Assembly: GCA_039794085.1 (NCBI GenBank)
Contig: JBDIWC010000016.1
Coordinates: 12,375 to 76,374, forward strand
DNA length: 64,000 nucleotides
Direction: 5' to 3'
Source of the DNA: Gemmatimonadales bacterium
GTDB lineage: Bacteria > Gemmatimonadota > Gemmatimonadetes > Gemmatimonadales > GWC2-71-9
Position numbers and translations under genes: made by a program. Numbering within the stretch: position 1 is the stretch's first letter; every line of letters begins with the position of its first letter. Of the stretch, positions 1 through 12,201 are shown in pieces. The notes below the pieces were generated by a model. The model was given only the letters and a program-made list of their open reading frames with translations. It was not told the DNA's origin and made no database searches.

Positions 1-492
1 GGCGGTGCTCGTGGTCGGGGTCAGGCCATGGGGGCAGGCTTCCGCGGACACACCCGCGTCCAGCGTGACATCCGCGGCAGTCCCGAGCCGGGAGTCCGGC
101 GCGCCGGTGATGGCAATGACGGTGACCTGGTGCCGGGCGAGGACGGCGAGGAGGGCCGGGAGTTCCTCCCCTTCCCCGCTCCGGCTGATGAGGATGGCGG
201 TGTCCGCCGGTCCGACCAGTCCGAGATCCCCATGCAACCCATCGGTCGGGTGGACAAACGTGGCCGGGGTTCCGGTGGCGGTGAGCGTGGCGGCGATCTT
301 CCGGGCCACCAGTCCCGACTTGCCGAGACCGCTCAGCACGATCCGGCCGGTGGTGTGGCAGAGGCGATGGACCGCGGCGGTGAACCGATCGTCAAGTGTG
401 TCCGCGGCCCGGCGGATCGCGGCCGATTCGTCGCGGAGTACTCGCCGTCCCGTGTCCACGGCCGAAACGGTGTCGGCGATGAGAACCTTCAC
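1..492 (-). CDS. kdsD: Arabinose-5-phosphate isomerase (KpsF/GutQ family), 5' part; runs off the window
   Basis: Not in the ORF track. Manual minus-strand translation from GTG at 492 (GTGA overlap with the kdsC stop) gives GRIVLSGLGKSGLVARKIAATL...FVHPTDGLHGDLG...ISRSGE...EACPHGLTPTTST, an SIS domain. Confidence 0.92.
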   Translation of the reverse strand, partial: MKVLIADTVSAVDTGRRVLRDESAAIRRAADTLDDRFTAAVHRLCHTTGRIVLSGLGKSGLVARKIAATLTATGTPATFVHPTDGLHGDLGLVGPADTAILISRSGEGEELPALLAVLARHQVTVIAITGAPDSRLGTAADVTLDAGVSAEACPHGLTPTTSTA

Positions 493-1023
493 GAGGGGAC
501 CCCCGCGTAGCGGGCGACGATGGCGGTCCATTCCCCGCGGGCACGGAGAAGTGCCTCGATGATCTCCCGCACGGCGCCATGCCCCCCCGGGGCCCGGGTG
601 ACACCGGCAGCGACGGCCCGGATCTCGGGGACCGCACCGGGTACGGTGAGGGGGAGCCCCGCCCTCTGCATCACGGCGAGGTCCGCCAGGTCGTCGCCGG
701 CGTAGGCCACCTCGCTCCAGGCGACCCGGCGGGCGGACAGCACCTCCTCCAGGGTCTCGAGCTTGGAGCGACCGTCGAGCTGCAGGACATCGCGGATGCG
801 GAGCTCCGCGGCTCGCTGCGCGGTGGCGGGCGAGGGTCGCGACGAGATCCAGAGCACGTCGATTCCGGACCCTCGCAGGAGCACGAGACCCAATCCGTCC
901 CGAATGTCGAACCGCTTGAGTTCGGTGGGCGCTCCCTGGCCGGGTCCGATCCAGAGCCCGTTGTCGGTGAGGACGCCGTCGACATCGAGCGCCAGCAGGC
1001 GGATGACACGGGCCTGAGCCGGA

Positions 1024-1046
<23 letters not shown>
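489..1046 (-). CDS. kdsC: KDO 8-phosphate phosphatase (HAD family)
   Basis: LLALDVDGVLTD, FDIRDGLG, YAGDDLADL, GGHGAVRE; ATG at 1046 chosen over the longer ORF-track start. Confidence 0.92.
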
Positions 1047-4243
<3,197 letters not shown>

Positions 4244-4248
4244 GATCC

Positions 4249-4277
4249 AAATTAACAGTCCGGAGGACTGCCGTCAA
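4249..4277 (-). promoter_or_regulatory. Sigma70-like promoter of the kdsB-pyrG-kdsACD operon, probably leaderless
   Basis: TTGACG-N17-TAATTT on the minus strand, 5 nt before the kdsB ATG; the spacer holds the palindrome CAGTCC-N3-GGACTG. Confidence 0.6.
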
Positions 4278-4339
4278 AAGTCATGCCGGACGGAAACCCG
4301 CCCCGGGATCACATCCCTAGCGGGTTGTGCTGCAAGGAA

Positions 4340-4945
4340 TTACAGTGAGTCCGCTCCAGGGGGCACCAGGGCCGCCAGAGAGTCTGCCGCCCGTTGCGCG
4401 TCGCTCCGGAGCCGGTCACTGGCGGCGGCTTCCCGGGCCGCCTTCAACTTGTCCTCCAAGGCCTGCCGGGTGCTGGACGCCAGGGAACTCCTCTCGCTCT
4501 CCGGCACCAGAAGCGCCAATCTGTCAACCACCACTCCGTTCCGTCGAATCTCCACCTCGCCAAACCGCAGATAACCCGGAACCGAGTCGGCCTCGGCCTC
4601 CTTCAGGCAGCGGAAAGGCGCTCCGGTCTCCACCCGGGTAAGCTCGTCCAGGAGCAGGAGACATCCCGACAAGGAGGCGGTGGAATCTTCGAGATCCACT
4701 CGGAGAGCCAGGGAAACGGGAAGATCGGGGGACGCCCCCTGCCCCGGTACCACTCGCACCCGGGTGATGGATCCGGCCCGTGACCCGTCGACCCGGAAGG
4801 GAATCAGCGAGGCAGGGATGGAAATGCCCGAAGACACGGCGTTTCGGACACCGGAGCTCGCTTTCCGAACCATCAGGACGGCGCCGTATCCGACCACGAA
4901 GATGGCCAGTGCCCCCAGCCCGATGCGGGCCCAATACCAGCGCAT
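4340..4945 (-). CDS. Hypothetical membrane-anchored protein (N-terminal TM helix, beta-rich middle, helical C-terminus)
   Basis: 201-aa ORF with GAGGAG RBS and its own promoter; hydrophobic segment IGLGALAIFVVGYGAVLMV. Confidence 0.75.
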   Translation of the reverse strand: MRWYWARIGLGALAIFVVGYGAVLMVRKASSGVRNAVSSGISIPASLIPFRVDGSRAGSITRVRVVPGQGASPDLPVSLALRVDLEDSTASLSGCLLLLDELTRVETGAPFRCLKEAEADSVPGYLRFGEVEIRRNGVVVDRLALLVPESERSSLASSTRQALEDKLKAAREAAASDRLRSDAQRAADSLAALVPPGADSL

Positions 4946-4975
4946 GTGGGTCTCCTCTTCTTTTGTTCCATTGTG

Positions 4976-5004
4976 AAACTATGGCATTCATCCCGCCGTG
5001 GCAA
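4976..5004 (-). promoter_or_regulatory. Sigma70-like promoter for the 4340..4945 gene
   Basis: TTGCCA-N17-TAGTTT on the minus strand. Confidence 0.5.
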
Positions 5005-5013
5005 GCCCCCAAG

Positions 5014-5078
5014 ACCCCCTTCACTCCACCCCCTTCACTCCACCCCCCTCGAACTTCAAACTTCGAACTTCGAACTTG
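5014..5078. repeat. Tandem repeats downstream of xerD: 2x 14-mer ACCCCCTTCACTCC plus 4x heptamer RAACTTS
   Basis: ACCCCCTTCACTCC at 5014-5027 and 5028-5041; GAACTTC AAACTTC GAACTTC GAACTTG at 5051-5078. Confidence 0.85.
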
Positions 5079-5081
5079 CCT

Positions 5082-5990
5082 TCATGCCCGCGGGTGGTAC
5101 TTCCGGTGGACCGCGCGCAGGTACTCCCGATCCACGTGGGTGTAGATCTGGGTTGTTCCGAGGTCGGCATGGCCCAGCATCTCCTGAACCGCGCGCAGAT
5201 CGGCCCCCCCTTCGAGAAGGTGGGTGGCGAAGGTGTGGCGCAGGGTGTGGGGCGTCACCCGTTTGGTGATGCCCGCCCGGGAGGCGAGCTTTCGGACGAT
5301 TCCCCAGGCACCGACCCGGCTCAGGGGGGTGCCCCGTGCGTTGAGGAGCACCCGTCCCTTTCCCTGCCCCCGGTCGAGGGTGGCGCGGGTTGTGTGGAGA
5401 TAGGTGGAGACGGCGCCGATCACCTTTCGGCCGATCGGAACGAGGCGCTCCTTGTCCCCCTTGCCGATGACCTGGACGAGCCCGTCGCTGAAGAGGAGGC
5501 CCTGCAGGGACAGGTCGCACAGCTCGCTCACGCGCAGCCCGGCCCCATACCCCAGTTCGAGCAGGGCGCGATCCCGCCAGGCCAGCGGATCCTCCAGGGA
5601 GGGTGCGCCGAGAAGGGCGTCGACCTCCGACCGGTTCAGCACCTCGGGGAGGGTGCGCCAGCGTCGGGGCGTGTCGAGGCGGTCGCTCGGGTCATCTGCG
5701 AGGAGGCCTTCTCCAAGAAGAAAGCGAAACCAGGTATGCAGGGCGGACACCTGCCGGCGGATGGTGGCGTGGCCGAGCCCGAGGTCCTTGAGGAGGAAGA
5801 GGAAATCGCGGAGCTGTGTGCGCGTGATGTCCCCGGGGTTTCGGATCCCCCGGTTCGCGGCGAAGTCGACGAAGCGGCGGAGGTCCCGGGTGTACGATTC
5901 GATTGTCAGGGGACGGTGCCCCGCCTCGAGAGCCAGGTAATCCCGGAAGCCCTCCAGGTGGAAGGCGCGCTCCACCCCGTCGGGGTTCAT
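5082..5990 (-). CDS. xerD: Site-specific tyrosine recombinase XerD
   Basis: TIESYTRDL, LPEVL, RDRALLELGYGAGLRVSEL, GKGDKERLVP, TPHTLRHTFATHLLEGGADLRAVQEMLGHADLGTTQIYTH; ATG overlaps the dedA stop. Confidence 0.93.
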   Translation of the reverse strand: MNPDGVERAFHLEGFRDYLALEAGHRPLTIESYTRDLRRFVDFAANRGIRNPGDITRTQLRDFLFLLKDLGLGHATIRRQVSALHTWFRFLLGEGLLADDPSDRLDTPRRWRTLPEVLNRSEVDALLGAPSLEDPLAWRDRALLELGYGAGLRVSELCDLSLQGLLFSDGLVQVIGKGDKERLVPIGRKVIGAVSTYLHTTRATLDRGQGKGRVLLNARGTPLSRVGAWGIVRKLASRAGITKRVTPHTLRHTFATHLLEGGADLRAVQEMLGHADLGTTQIYTHVDREYLRAVHRKYHPRA

Positions 5991-7000
5991 GGATCGGAGG
6001 GGGCCGGTCCGGGCAGGTCGCCGGGGCCGAGGCCCAACATGCTGGCGGCTCGCTGCATCAACCGGTCCTGGTGGGGGGGGGCGTGGTCCCGGCCCAGCAT
6101 CCGCAGACGTTCCCAGAGTCCCACCCGCTCGCCGAGGGCATAGCGGAGACCCAGGATCCTGGCGAATTCGGCGGGGTCCACCGGGGTTCCGACTGGTGGG
6201 ACCGCCGCTTCCTCGGGCAGGCGCCACCGCTCGCGGAGATAAGTGGCGATGGCCACATGGTCCTCCGGAGTGAGCCCCTCGTCGCTCCGGGCGAGCTCGA
6301 GGAGGAGGATGGCGGTGGCCGCATACGCGGGATCTTCCCGGGATCGGGCCTCGGCCACCGGGTCGTGCTCGAACGCCTGGTGAAAAGCCTGCCAGAGCCG
6401 GGCCCGTCGACGGCGCCGCCGGGAGGAGATCACCAGGATGGCCGCTCCCGCCACCACGAGACCGGCGAGAATGGCGAGAGTGATGTTGAGATTGGAGAGG
6501 ATTCGTTGGATCGTGTCCCAGTTCTCGCCGAGCCGGGCGCCGACCAGAGTGATGCCGCCGTACCACAGACCCGACGCGAGGGACAGCGGGAGCATGGCCC
6601 GCCAGGTGGTCATCGGAACGAGGCCGGTGAACGGGGCCACGACCGACCGGAATCCCGGCAGGAGCCGCATGGCAAGAATGCCGGCCATGCCGAACCGCAG
6701 GTAGCCCCGCTCCATGACCGCGAACGCATCGGGCTGCACCACCAGGCGCCCGAACCGGCTCCGCAGGAAGGCCGGTCCCCACCGGCGCGCAAGTCCGTGG
6801 ACCAGGAGTGCTCCGGCGACGCTCCCTCCCCATCCCGCGAGGAAGACGCCCCACGCGGTCGTGATGCCCCTGTGGACCAGGAACGCGCCCAGGGCCACAG
6901 CCACATCGGCGGGAATGGGCGGGACGATGTTCTCGACCAGCGTGCCGGCGGCCAGAACCAGGTAGATGATCGCGGGCGGCCACTCGGCGACCTGCTGCAA
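5987..7000 (-). CDS. DedA family membrane protein with a C-terminal TerB-like helical domain
   Basis: ENIVPPIPAD, RLLPGFRS and several TM helices; C-terminal AILLLELARSDEGLTPED; start codon uncertain (TTG). Confidence 0.8.
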   Translation of the reverse strand: MQQVAEWPPAIIYLVLAAGTLVENIVPPIPADVAVALGAFLVHRGITTAWGVFLAGWGGSVAGALLVHGLARRWGPAFLRSRFGRLVVQPDAFAVMERGYLRFGMAGILAMRLLPGFRSVVAPFTGLVPMTTWRAMLPLSLASGLWYGGITLVGARLGENWDTIQRILSNLNITLAILAGLVVAGAAILVISSRRRRRRARLWQAFHQAFEHDPVAEARSREDPAYAATAILLLELARSDEGLTPEDHVAIATYLRERWRLPEEAAVPPVGTPVDPAEFARILGLRYALGERVGLWERLRMLGRDHAPPHQDRLMQRAASMLGLGPGDLPGPAPSDP

Positions 7001-7011
7001 CCACGCGTCGA

Positions 7012-7488
7012 TCAGCGGACCTCCACGGTGGCGACGGCGATGACCGCGACGCCCTCACCCCGGCCGATCCACCCCATTCCCTCGTTGCTCTTCCCCTTCA
7101 CGGAGATGCGATCGGCCGGGAGATCGAGAACCCGCGCCAGGGCGACCCGCATCGCCTCCCGGTAGGGACCGATCCGGGGTTGCTCGACGATCACGGTGAT
7201 GTCGGCCTGTTGGGGGGCGGCTCCCCGCTCCCGCAGGTGCTGCACCACGGCATGGAGCAGCATCAAGGAGTCGGCGTTCTTCCAGGTGGGATCGGTGTCC
7301 GGAAAGAGGGTGCCGATGTCCCCGGCGCCGGCCGCTCCGAGGAGGGCGTCGATGAGCGCGTGAGAGACGGCATCGGCGTCGGAGTGTCCGGCAAGCCCAA
7401 GTGCGTGATCCATGTGCTGGCCCGCGAGCACCAGCTTCCGGCCTTCCACAAAGCGATGCGAGTCGTACCCGATCCCCACGCGGATCAT
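7012..7488 (-). CDS. ispF: 2-C-methyl-D-erythritol 2,4-cyclodiphosphate synthase
   Basis: MIRVGIGYDSHRF, GHSDADAVSHALIDALLGAAG, GDIGTLFPD, GRGEG. Confidence 0.96.
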   Translation of the reverse strand: MIRVGIGYDSHRFVEGRKLVLAGQHMDHALGLAGHSDADAVSHALIDALLGAAGAGDIGTLFPDTDPTWKNADSLMLLHAVVQHLRERGAAPQQADITVIVEQPRIGPYREAMRVALARVLDLPADRISVKGKSNEGMGWIGRGEGVAVIAVATVEVR

Positions 7489-8537
7489 CCGGCCACCGGA
7501 GCGAGAAGTGAATAGTCCTGGCGCCGGCGGCGGGGGGTGAAGCCCGCGTCCGCGATGGCCCGTTCCATTTCCTCGATGGTGGCACGGTGCGTGGTGCCGG
7601 CGGCGGACACGACGTTCTCCTCCATCATGAGACTTCCGAAGTCGTTGGCCCCGAACCGGAGGGCCACCTGTCCCACCTTGAGTCCCATCGTGACCCAGCT
7701 CGACTGGAGGTTCGGAATATTGTCGCAGATGATTCGCCCCAGGGCGAGAGTCCGCAAGTAGGTGACGGCATCGGTCCGCGGCAGATGCGCCAGTTCGGTC
7801 CCCTCGGGTTGCAGGGGCCAGCAGATGAAGGCGGTGAACCCGCCGGTCCGCTCCTGCACCTCGCGAATCCGCAGAAGATGTTCCACCCGATCGGCGTTGC
7901 TTTCCCCCATCCCGTACATCATGGTCACCGAGGTCTTCATCCCCTGCCGGTGCGCCTCCTCCTGCACGCCGAGCCACTCCTCGGTCATCGCCTTCTTCCC
8001 GGCCACCCGTCGGCGCACCGCATCGACCAGGATCTCCCCCCCCCCGCCGGGGATGCTGTCCAGACCCGCCGCGCGGAGATCGGCGATCACCTCGGCCACG
8101 GGCCGCCGGAACCGTTCCGCGAAGAAGACCACCTCGGAGGGGGAGAACCCGTGCACATGAATCGGGTGGTGTTCCTTGATGTACCGCAGGAGATCGAGAT
8201 ACCACTCGAAGGGAATGTATGGGTTGTGTCCCCCCTGGAGAAGGATCTGCTGCCCTCCGAGGGCTCGGCACTCCTCGATCTTCTCCCCGATCTGCTCGAA
8301 CCCGAGGACATACCCTTCCTCGTGGCGGGGCCGCCGGTAGAAGGCACAGAAGGAACAGTCCGCCACGCACACATTGGTATAGTTGATGTTCCGGTCGACG
8401 ATGTAGCTCACCACCGGCTCGGGGTGCCGGGCCCACCGAGCCTGGTCGGCGAGATGCCCGAGTTCGAGCAGGCTCGCACGCTCGTACAGGTCGAGGAAGT
8501 CCCGGAACGCGCCGCTGGTCCGGTCAACGGGTATCAT
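7485..8537 (-). CDS. mqnC: Cyclic dehypoxanthinyl futalosine synthase (radical SAM)
   Basis: DRNINYTNVCVADCSFCAF, LQGG, SIPGGGGEIL, GANDFGSLMMEENVV. Confidence 0.92.
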   Translation of the reverse strand: MIPVDRTSGAFRDFLDLYERASLLELGHLADQARWARHPEPVVSYIVDRNINYTNVCVADCSFCAFYRRPRHEEGYVLGFEQIGEKIEECRALGGQQILLQGGHNPYIPFEWYLDLLRYIKEHHPIHVHGFSPSEVVFFAERFRRPVAEVIADLRAAGLDSIPGGGGEILVDAVRRRVAGKKAMTEEWLGVQEEAHRQGMKTSVTMMYGMGESNADRVEHLLRIREVQERTGGFTAFICWPLQPEGTELAHLPRTDAVTYLRTLALGRIICDNIPNLQSSWVTMGLKVGQVALRFGANDFGSLMMEENVVSAAGTTHRATIEEMERAIADAGFTPRRRRQDYSLLAPVAG

Positions 8538-8539
8538 GG

Positions 8540-9361
8540 TCAGGCCGCGCTGATGAAGGACAGCGATCCATCCGGCACCACCCCGTCCTGGGCGAGGCGG
8601 CGAAAGAAATCCGTCAATCCCGCCAGATGGCGATAGGAAAGGGCATAATCGAGATCGGAAAGGTAGGCCCGGCAGGTGTCCGGGTCGATGCCGGTATTGT
8701 CGGAGGCCAGGGCGGCGAGCTCATCGCGATGGTCGAGGCCCCAGGCCCGGCTGGACAGGAGGGCCTGATGCACGGCCTGGACGCGGGCCACCGGGACCTC
8801 GCGACGGGCCGCCCAGACAGCAAAGACGAACGGGAGCCCGGTCCACTCCTTCCAGGCCCGCCCGAGATCGACACAGACGGGATACTGCCGAGTGGCAGCG
8901 AGCATGAGGGCGGCGTCACCGATGACCAGCACGGCCTCATGGGGAAGCGAGGACAGTGAGGCCAGATCCCCCGCCTCGGCCCGAGCAGGAATGCAGTGGG
9001 GATGAACGCCCCAGCGATGACGGCAGAGCAGCTCGAGAAGCAGCACCGACGTGCGGGAGGAGGCGGAGACGAGGACAGGGACCTCGTGGAGCTCCTCGAC
9101 CGGGCGTCGGCTGAGAAGAAGCACGCTGCGCACCGGACCGTCACAACTGATGGCCAGATCGGGGAGCAGATGCCAGGAACCGGCATTCCGGGCATACTCC
9201 ACGGCGGATACGACGCTGACGTCGAGTGCCCCCGCCGCGAGGAGGCCATTCAGCTCGGAGGCCGTGCCGGTGACGCGGGTGCCCGGGCAGGCCACGAGAT
9301 TCCGATCGATCGCGGCGTAGATCGGGTAGCAGTTGATCCAGGGGATCCGGCCGAGTCTCAT
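8540..9361 (-). CDS. mqnA: Chorismate dehydratase (futalosine pathway)
   Basis: RLGRIPWINCYPI, DGPVRSVLL, SRTSV, LVIGDAAL, DLGRAWKEWTGLPFVFAVW. Confidence 0.92.
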   Translation of the reverse strand: MRLGRIPWINCYPIYAAIDRNLVACPGTRVTGTASELNGLLAAGALDVSVVSAVEYARNAGSWHLLPDLAISCDGPVRSVLLLSRRPVEELHEVPVLVSASSRTSVLLLELLCRHRWGVHPHCIPARAEAGDLASLSSLPHEAVLVIGDAALMLAATRQYPVCVDLGRAWKEWTGLPFVFAVWAARREVPVARVQAVHQALLSSRAWGLDHRDELAALASDNTGIDPDTCRAYLSDLDYALSYRHLAGLTDFFRRLAQDGVVPDGSLSFISAA

Positions 9362-10542
9362 GCGACCGCGGTGGCGGGAGATACCCCCGCCGTCCAGGCC
9401 GGCGGCAGATCGGTGAACTCCTCCCGCACGGACCGATAGAGGCTGTCCCGTTCCACCGGTCGACGCCCCGCCCCGGTGATGAGGTCCACCAAGGCGCCAT
9501 AGTGGAGGTGCATTTCGGTCCGAGCGCCGGCCTCGTGGTAGACCCGCTCATACACCACGGTGCCCTCCACGTCATCGCAGCCAAAGCTCAGGGCCACCTG
9601 CGACATGAAGGGCGTCACCATGGGCCAGTGCGTCTTGACGTGGGGGATGTTGTCGAGCAACAGCCGACCCACGGCGATGTTCTTGAGGTCCTCGAACCCG
9701 GTGGTGGCGGAGCCCACCCGTCCGAGCTCGGCCCCCAGTTCGTTGTTGTCGGGGTGATAGGCGAGGGGAATGTAGGTGAGGAACCCGCCGGTTTCGTCCT
9801 GCAGCTCCCGCAGCATCAGCAGGTGCCCCACCCGGTCCTCCGCCGATTCGACATGGCCGTACAGCATGGTGCAATTGGTCGGAATGCCCAGGCCATGGGC
9901 CTCCCGGTGCACCCGGAGCCATTCCTCGCCCGTCAGTTTCCGCTCGGCGATCGTGGCCCGCACCGCGGTGCTGAAGACTTCCGCTCCTCCGCCGGGGAGG
10001 CTGGTCAACCCCGCCTCCTGTAGCGCGCGGAGGACATCGACACTGGTGCATCGCTCGATCCGGGCGAGGTGGGCAATTTCCACCGCCGTGAGCGCCTTGA
10101 TGTGGACCTCGGGATGGCGACTGCGCAAACCGCGGATCATGTCGGTGTAATACGCGAGCCGGAGCTTCGGGTGCAGCCCGCCCACGATGTGGAACTCGCG
10201 GGTGGGCATCCCCCGCGCCTGTTCAGCCTCGGCAAAAACCTCGTCCAGGCTCCGGGTGTAGGCCCCCTCCTCCTTCGGCATCCGGGCGAACGAGCAGAAC
10301 GTGCAGGTGTTCCGGAGGATGCAAACGTTGGTGGGATTGATGTGCTGGTTGGCCGAAAAGAAAACCCGGTCCCCGTTGCGGGCCCGGTTGGCCGCGTCCG
10401 CCAGTTCGCCCAGGCCGAGCAGGTCGGATGTGGCGTAGAGGGTGAGACCATCCGCGGCGGTGAGGCGTCGGCCTTTATCGATCGCATCAGCCAGGGTTCG
10501 AAGGGAGGGGTCGGTGATCCGAGCGATGTTGATCTCCACCAT
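9358..10542 (-). CDS. mqnE: Aminofutalosine synthase (radical SAM)
   Basis: HINPTNVC, EFHIVGGLHP, HIKALTAVEI, LPGGGAEVF, TMLYGHVE; adjacent to mqnA/mqnC. Confidence 0.9.
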   Translation of the reverse strand: MVEINIARITDPSLRTLADAIDKGRRLTAADGLTLYATSDLLGLGELADAANRARNGDRVFFSANQHINPTNVCILRNTCTFCSFARMPKEEGAYTRSLDEVFAEAEQARGMPTREFHIVGGLHPKLRLAYYTDMIRGLRSRHPEVHIKALTAVEIAHLARIERCTSVDVLRALQEAGLTSLPGGGAEVFSTAVRATIAERKLTGEEWLRVHREAHGLGIPTNCTMLYGHVESAEDRVGHLLMLRELQDETGGFLTYIPLAYHPDNNELGAELGRVGSATTGFEDLKNIAVGRLLLDNIPHVKTHWPMVTPFMSQVALSFGCDDVEGTVVYERVYHEAGARTEMHLHYGALVDLITGAGRRPVERDSLYRSVREEFTDLPPAWTAGVSPATAVA

Positions 10543-10679
10543 CAGGCCTCTCTCCGGGTCCGGGCGTCACGGGGACAAGGAGACAATCTAGTCCGCTCGC
10601 GGGGGATCCGGCCAGTGGAACGTGCCGGGCGTCCCGGGAAACCGCATTCCTCCGAGGGGATCATGCCGGGACGTCGCCG

Positions 10680-11921
10680 TCATCCCCGCCATCCGCACAC
10701 GGCCAGGGTGGCGTTGTGACCCCCGAAGCCGAAGGCGTTGGAGAGGGCCACGTCGACGTCCCGGGTGACCGCGCGGTTCGCCGCGCAGTCGAGGTCGCAC
10801 GCGGGATCGGGGTTCACCTGATTGATGGTGGGGGGGATCTGTCCGCGGGAGGCGGCGAGCAGGGCGATGATCGCTTCCATCGCGCCGGCGCCACCGAGGA
10901 GGTGTCCGGTCATCGATTTCGTCGATCCGAAGATGAGCCGGTGGGCATGGTCCCCGAAGACCGCACGCACGGCGGTGGTTTCGGCGATGTCCCCGAGCGG
11001 AGTGGAGGTTCCGTGGGCATTGATGTAGCCCACCCGCTCCGGAGAGATGTGGCCTTGCTCCAGGCACATGCGCATGGCGCGTTGCGCTCCCTCCCCTTGC
11101 GGGGCCGGGGCACTGATGTGGAAGGCGTCCGCGCTCATTCCGTATCCGAGTACCTCACCCAGAATGACCGCCCCGCGCCGGGTGGCGTGCTCCAGGGACT
11201 CGAGCACCAGGGCGGATCCTCCCTCCCCGAGAACAAACCCGTCCCGGTCCCGGTCGAAGGGGCGGCTGGCACCGGCCGGATCGTCGTTCCGGGTCGACAT
11301 CGCCTTCATGTTGTGGAAGGCCGCCACCGTCAGCGGGGTCACACAGGCTTCCGCCCCCCCCGTGACCATGGCGTCCACCAGACCCTCCCGGATGAGCCGG
11401 TAGGATTCCCCGATGGCATGCGCGCTGGAGGCGCAGGCCGACACCGGTGCGTAGTTCGGTCCCTTGAACCCGAACCGGATCGACACGAGGCCCGCGGCCA
11501 TGTTGGGGATGAACATCGGGACGAAGAAGGGCGAAACCCGGTCGGGGCCCTTCTCCAGGAAGGCGCGGCAGTTGTCCTCGTACGTCTTCATGCCTCCGAT
11601 GCCGGTCCCGATGATGACGCCGATGCGATCGGCGTCGGCGTTCTCCGCGGACAAGCCCGCCTGGGTCACGGCCTGCTGCGACGCCGCGATGGCATACTGC
11701 GCGTACGGATCGTACCGGCGTGCCTCCTTGCGGTCGATGTACTCCAGCGGATCGAACCCCTTGACCTCGCAGGCAAACCGGACCCCGAACCGCGCGGGAT
11801 CGAAGTTGGTGATCGGCGCCGCCCCGGACGTCCCGGCCAGCAAGGCGGACCAGGAGGATTCGACGTCATGACCGACTGGCGTGACGAGGCCCAGGCCGGT
11901 GACCACCACGCGGTGTGTCAA
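10680..11921 (-). CDS. fabF: 3-oxoacyl-ACP synthase II
   Basis: RVVVTGLG, SACASSAH, YINAHGTST, KSMTGHLLG, SNAFGFGGHN. Confidence 0.97.
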   Translation of the reverse strand: MTHRVVVTGLGLVTPVGHDVESSWSALLAGTSGAAPITNFDPARFGVRFACEVKGFDPLEYIDRKEARRYDPYAQYAIAASQQAVTQAGLSAENADADRIGVIIGTGIGGMKTYEDNCRAFLEKGPDRVSPFFVPMFIPNMAAGLVSIRFGFKGPNYAPVSACASSAHAIGESYRLIREGLVDAMVTGGAEACVTPLTVAAFHNMKAMSTRNDDPAGASRPFDRDRDGFVLGEGGSALVLESLEHATRRGAVILGEVLGYGMSADAFHISAPAPQGEGAQRAMRMCLEQGHISPERVGYINAHGTSTPLGDIAETTAVRAVFGDHAHRLIFGSTKSMTGHLLGGAGAMEAIIALLAASRGQIPPTINQVNPDPACDLDCAANRAVTRDVDVALSNAFGFGGHNATLAVCGWRG

Positions 11922-11922
11922 C

Positions 11923-12162
11923 TCAGGCTCCCAGCTTTTCGTGCAGGTACTTCAGCGCGTGCCCCACCGTGCGGAGCTTCTCGGCGTCCTCATCGGGGAT
12001 GTCGATGTCGAACTCCTTCTCGAAGGCCATGACCAACTCGACCGTGTCGAGACTGTCGGCCCCGAGGTCCTCCATGAAGCTCGCTTCGTCGGTCAGCTTC
12101 TCCCGCTCGACCCCCAGCTCCTCCACGATGATATCCTTGACCCGTTCGTCGACGTTGCTCAT
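11923..12162 (-). CDS. acpP: Acyl carrier protein
   Basis: [20 protein letters not shown]. Confidence 0.98.
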   Translation of the reverse strand: MSNVDERVKDIIVEELGVEREKLTDEASFMEDLGADSLDTVELVMAFEKEFDIDIPDEDAEKLRTVGHALKYLHEKLGA

Positions 12163-12201
12163 GACTCCCTCTCTGGGATTGGTTGGATGTGCACTACTTC
12201 T

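Noticed and set aside
5082..5990. xerD as a prophage or island integrase
   Set aside because: It has typical XerD motifs, is embedded in a housekeeping operon, and has no att site, tRNA or phage genes nearby; I did not recognise a dif site either.
5082..7058. Apparent long N-terminal extensions or fusions in the ORF track (xerD, ispF, fabG, kdsA, nuoL, nuoC, nuoD, moaA)
   Set aside because: The extensions are off-frame readings of the upstream gene; real starts coincide with ATGA/GTGA overlaps and family N-termini.
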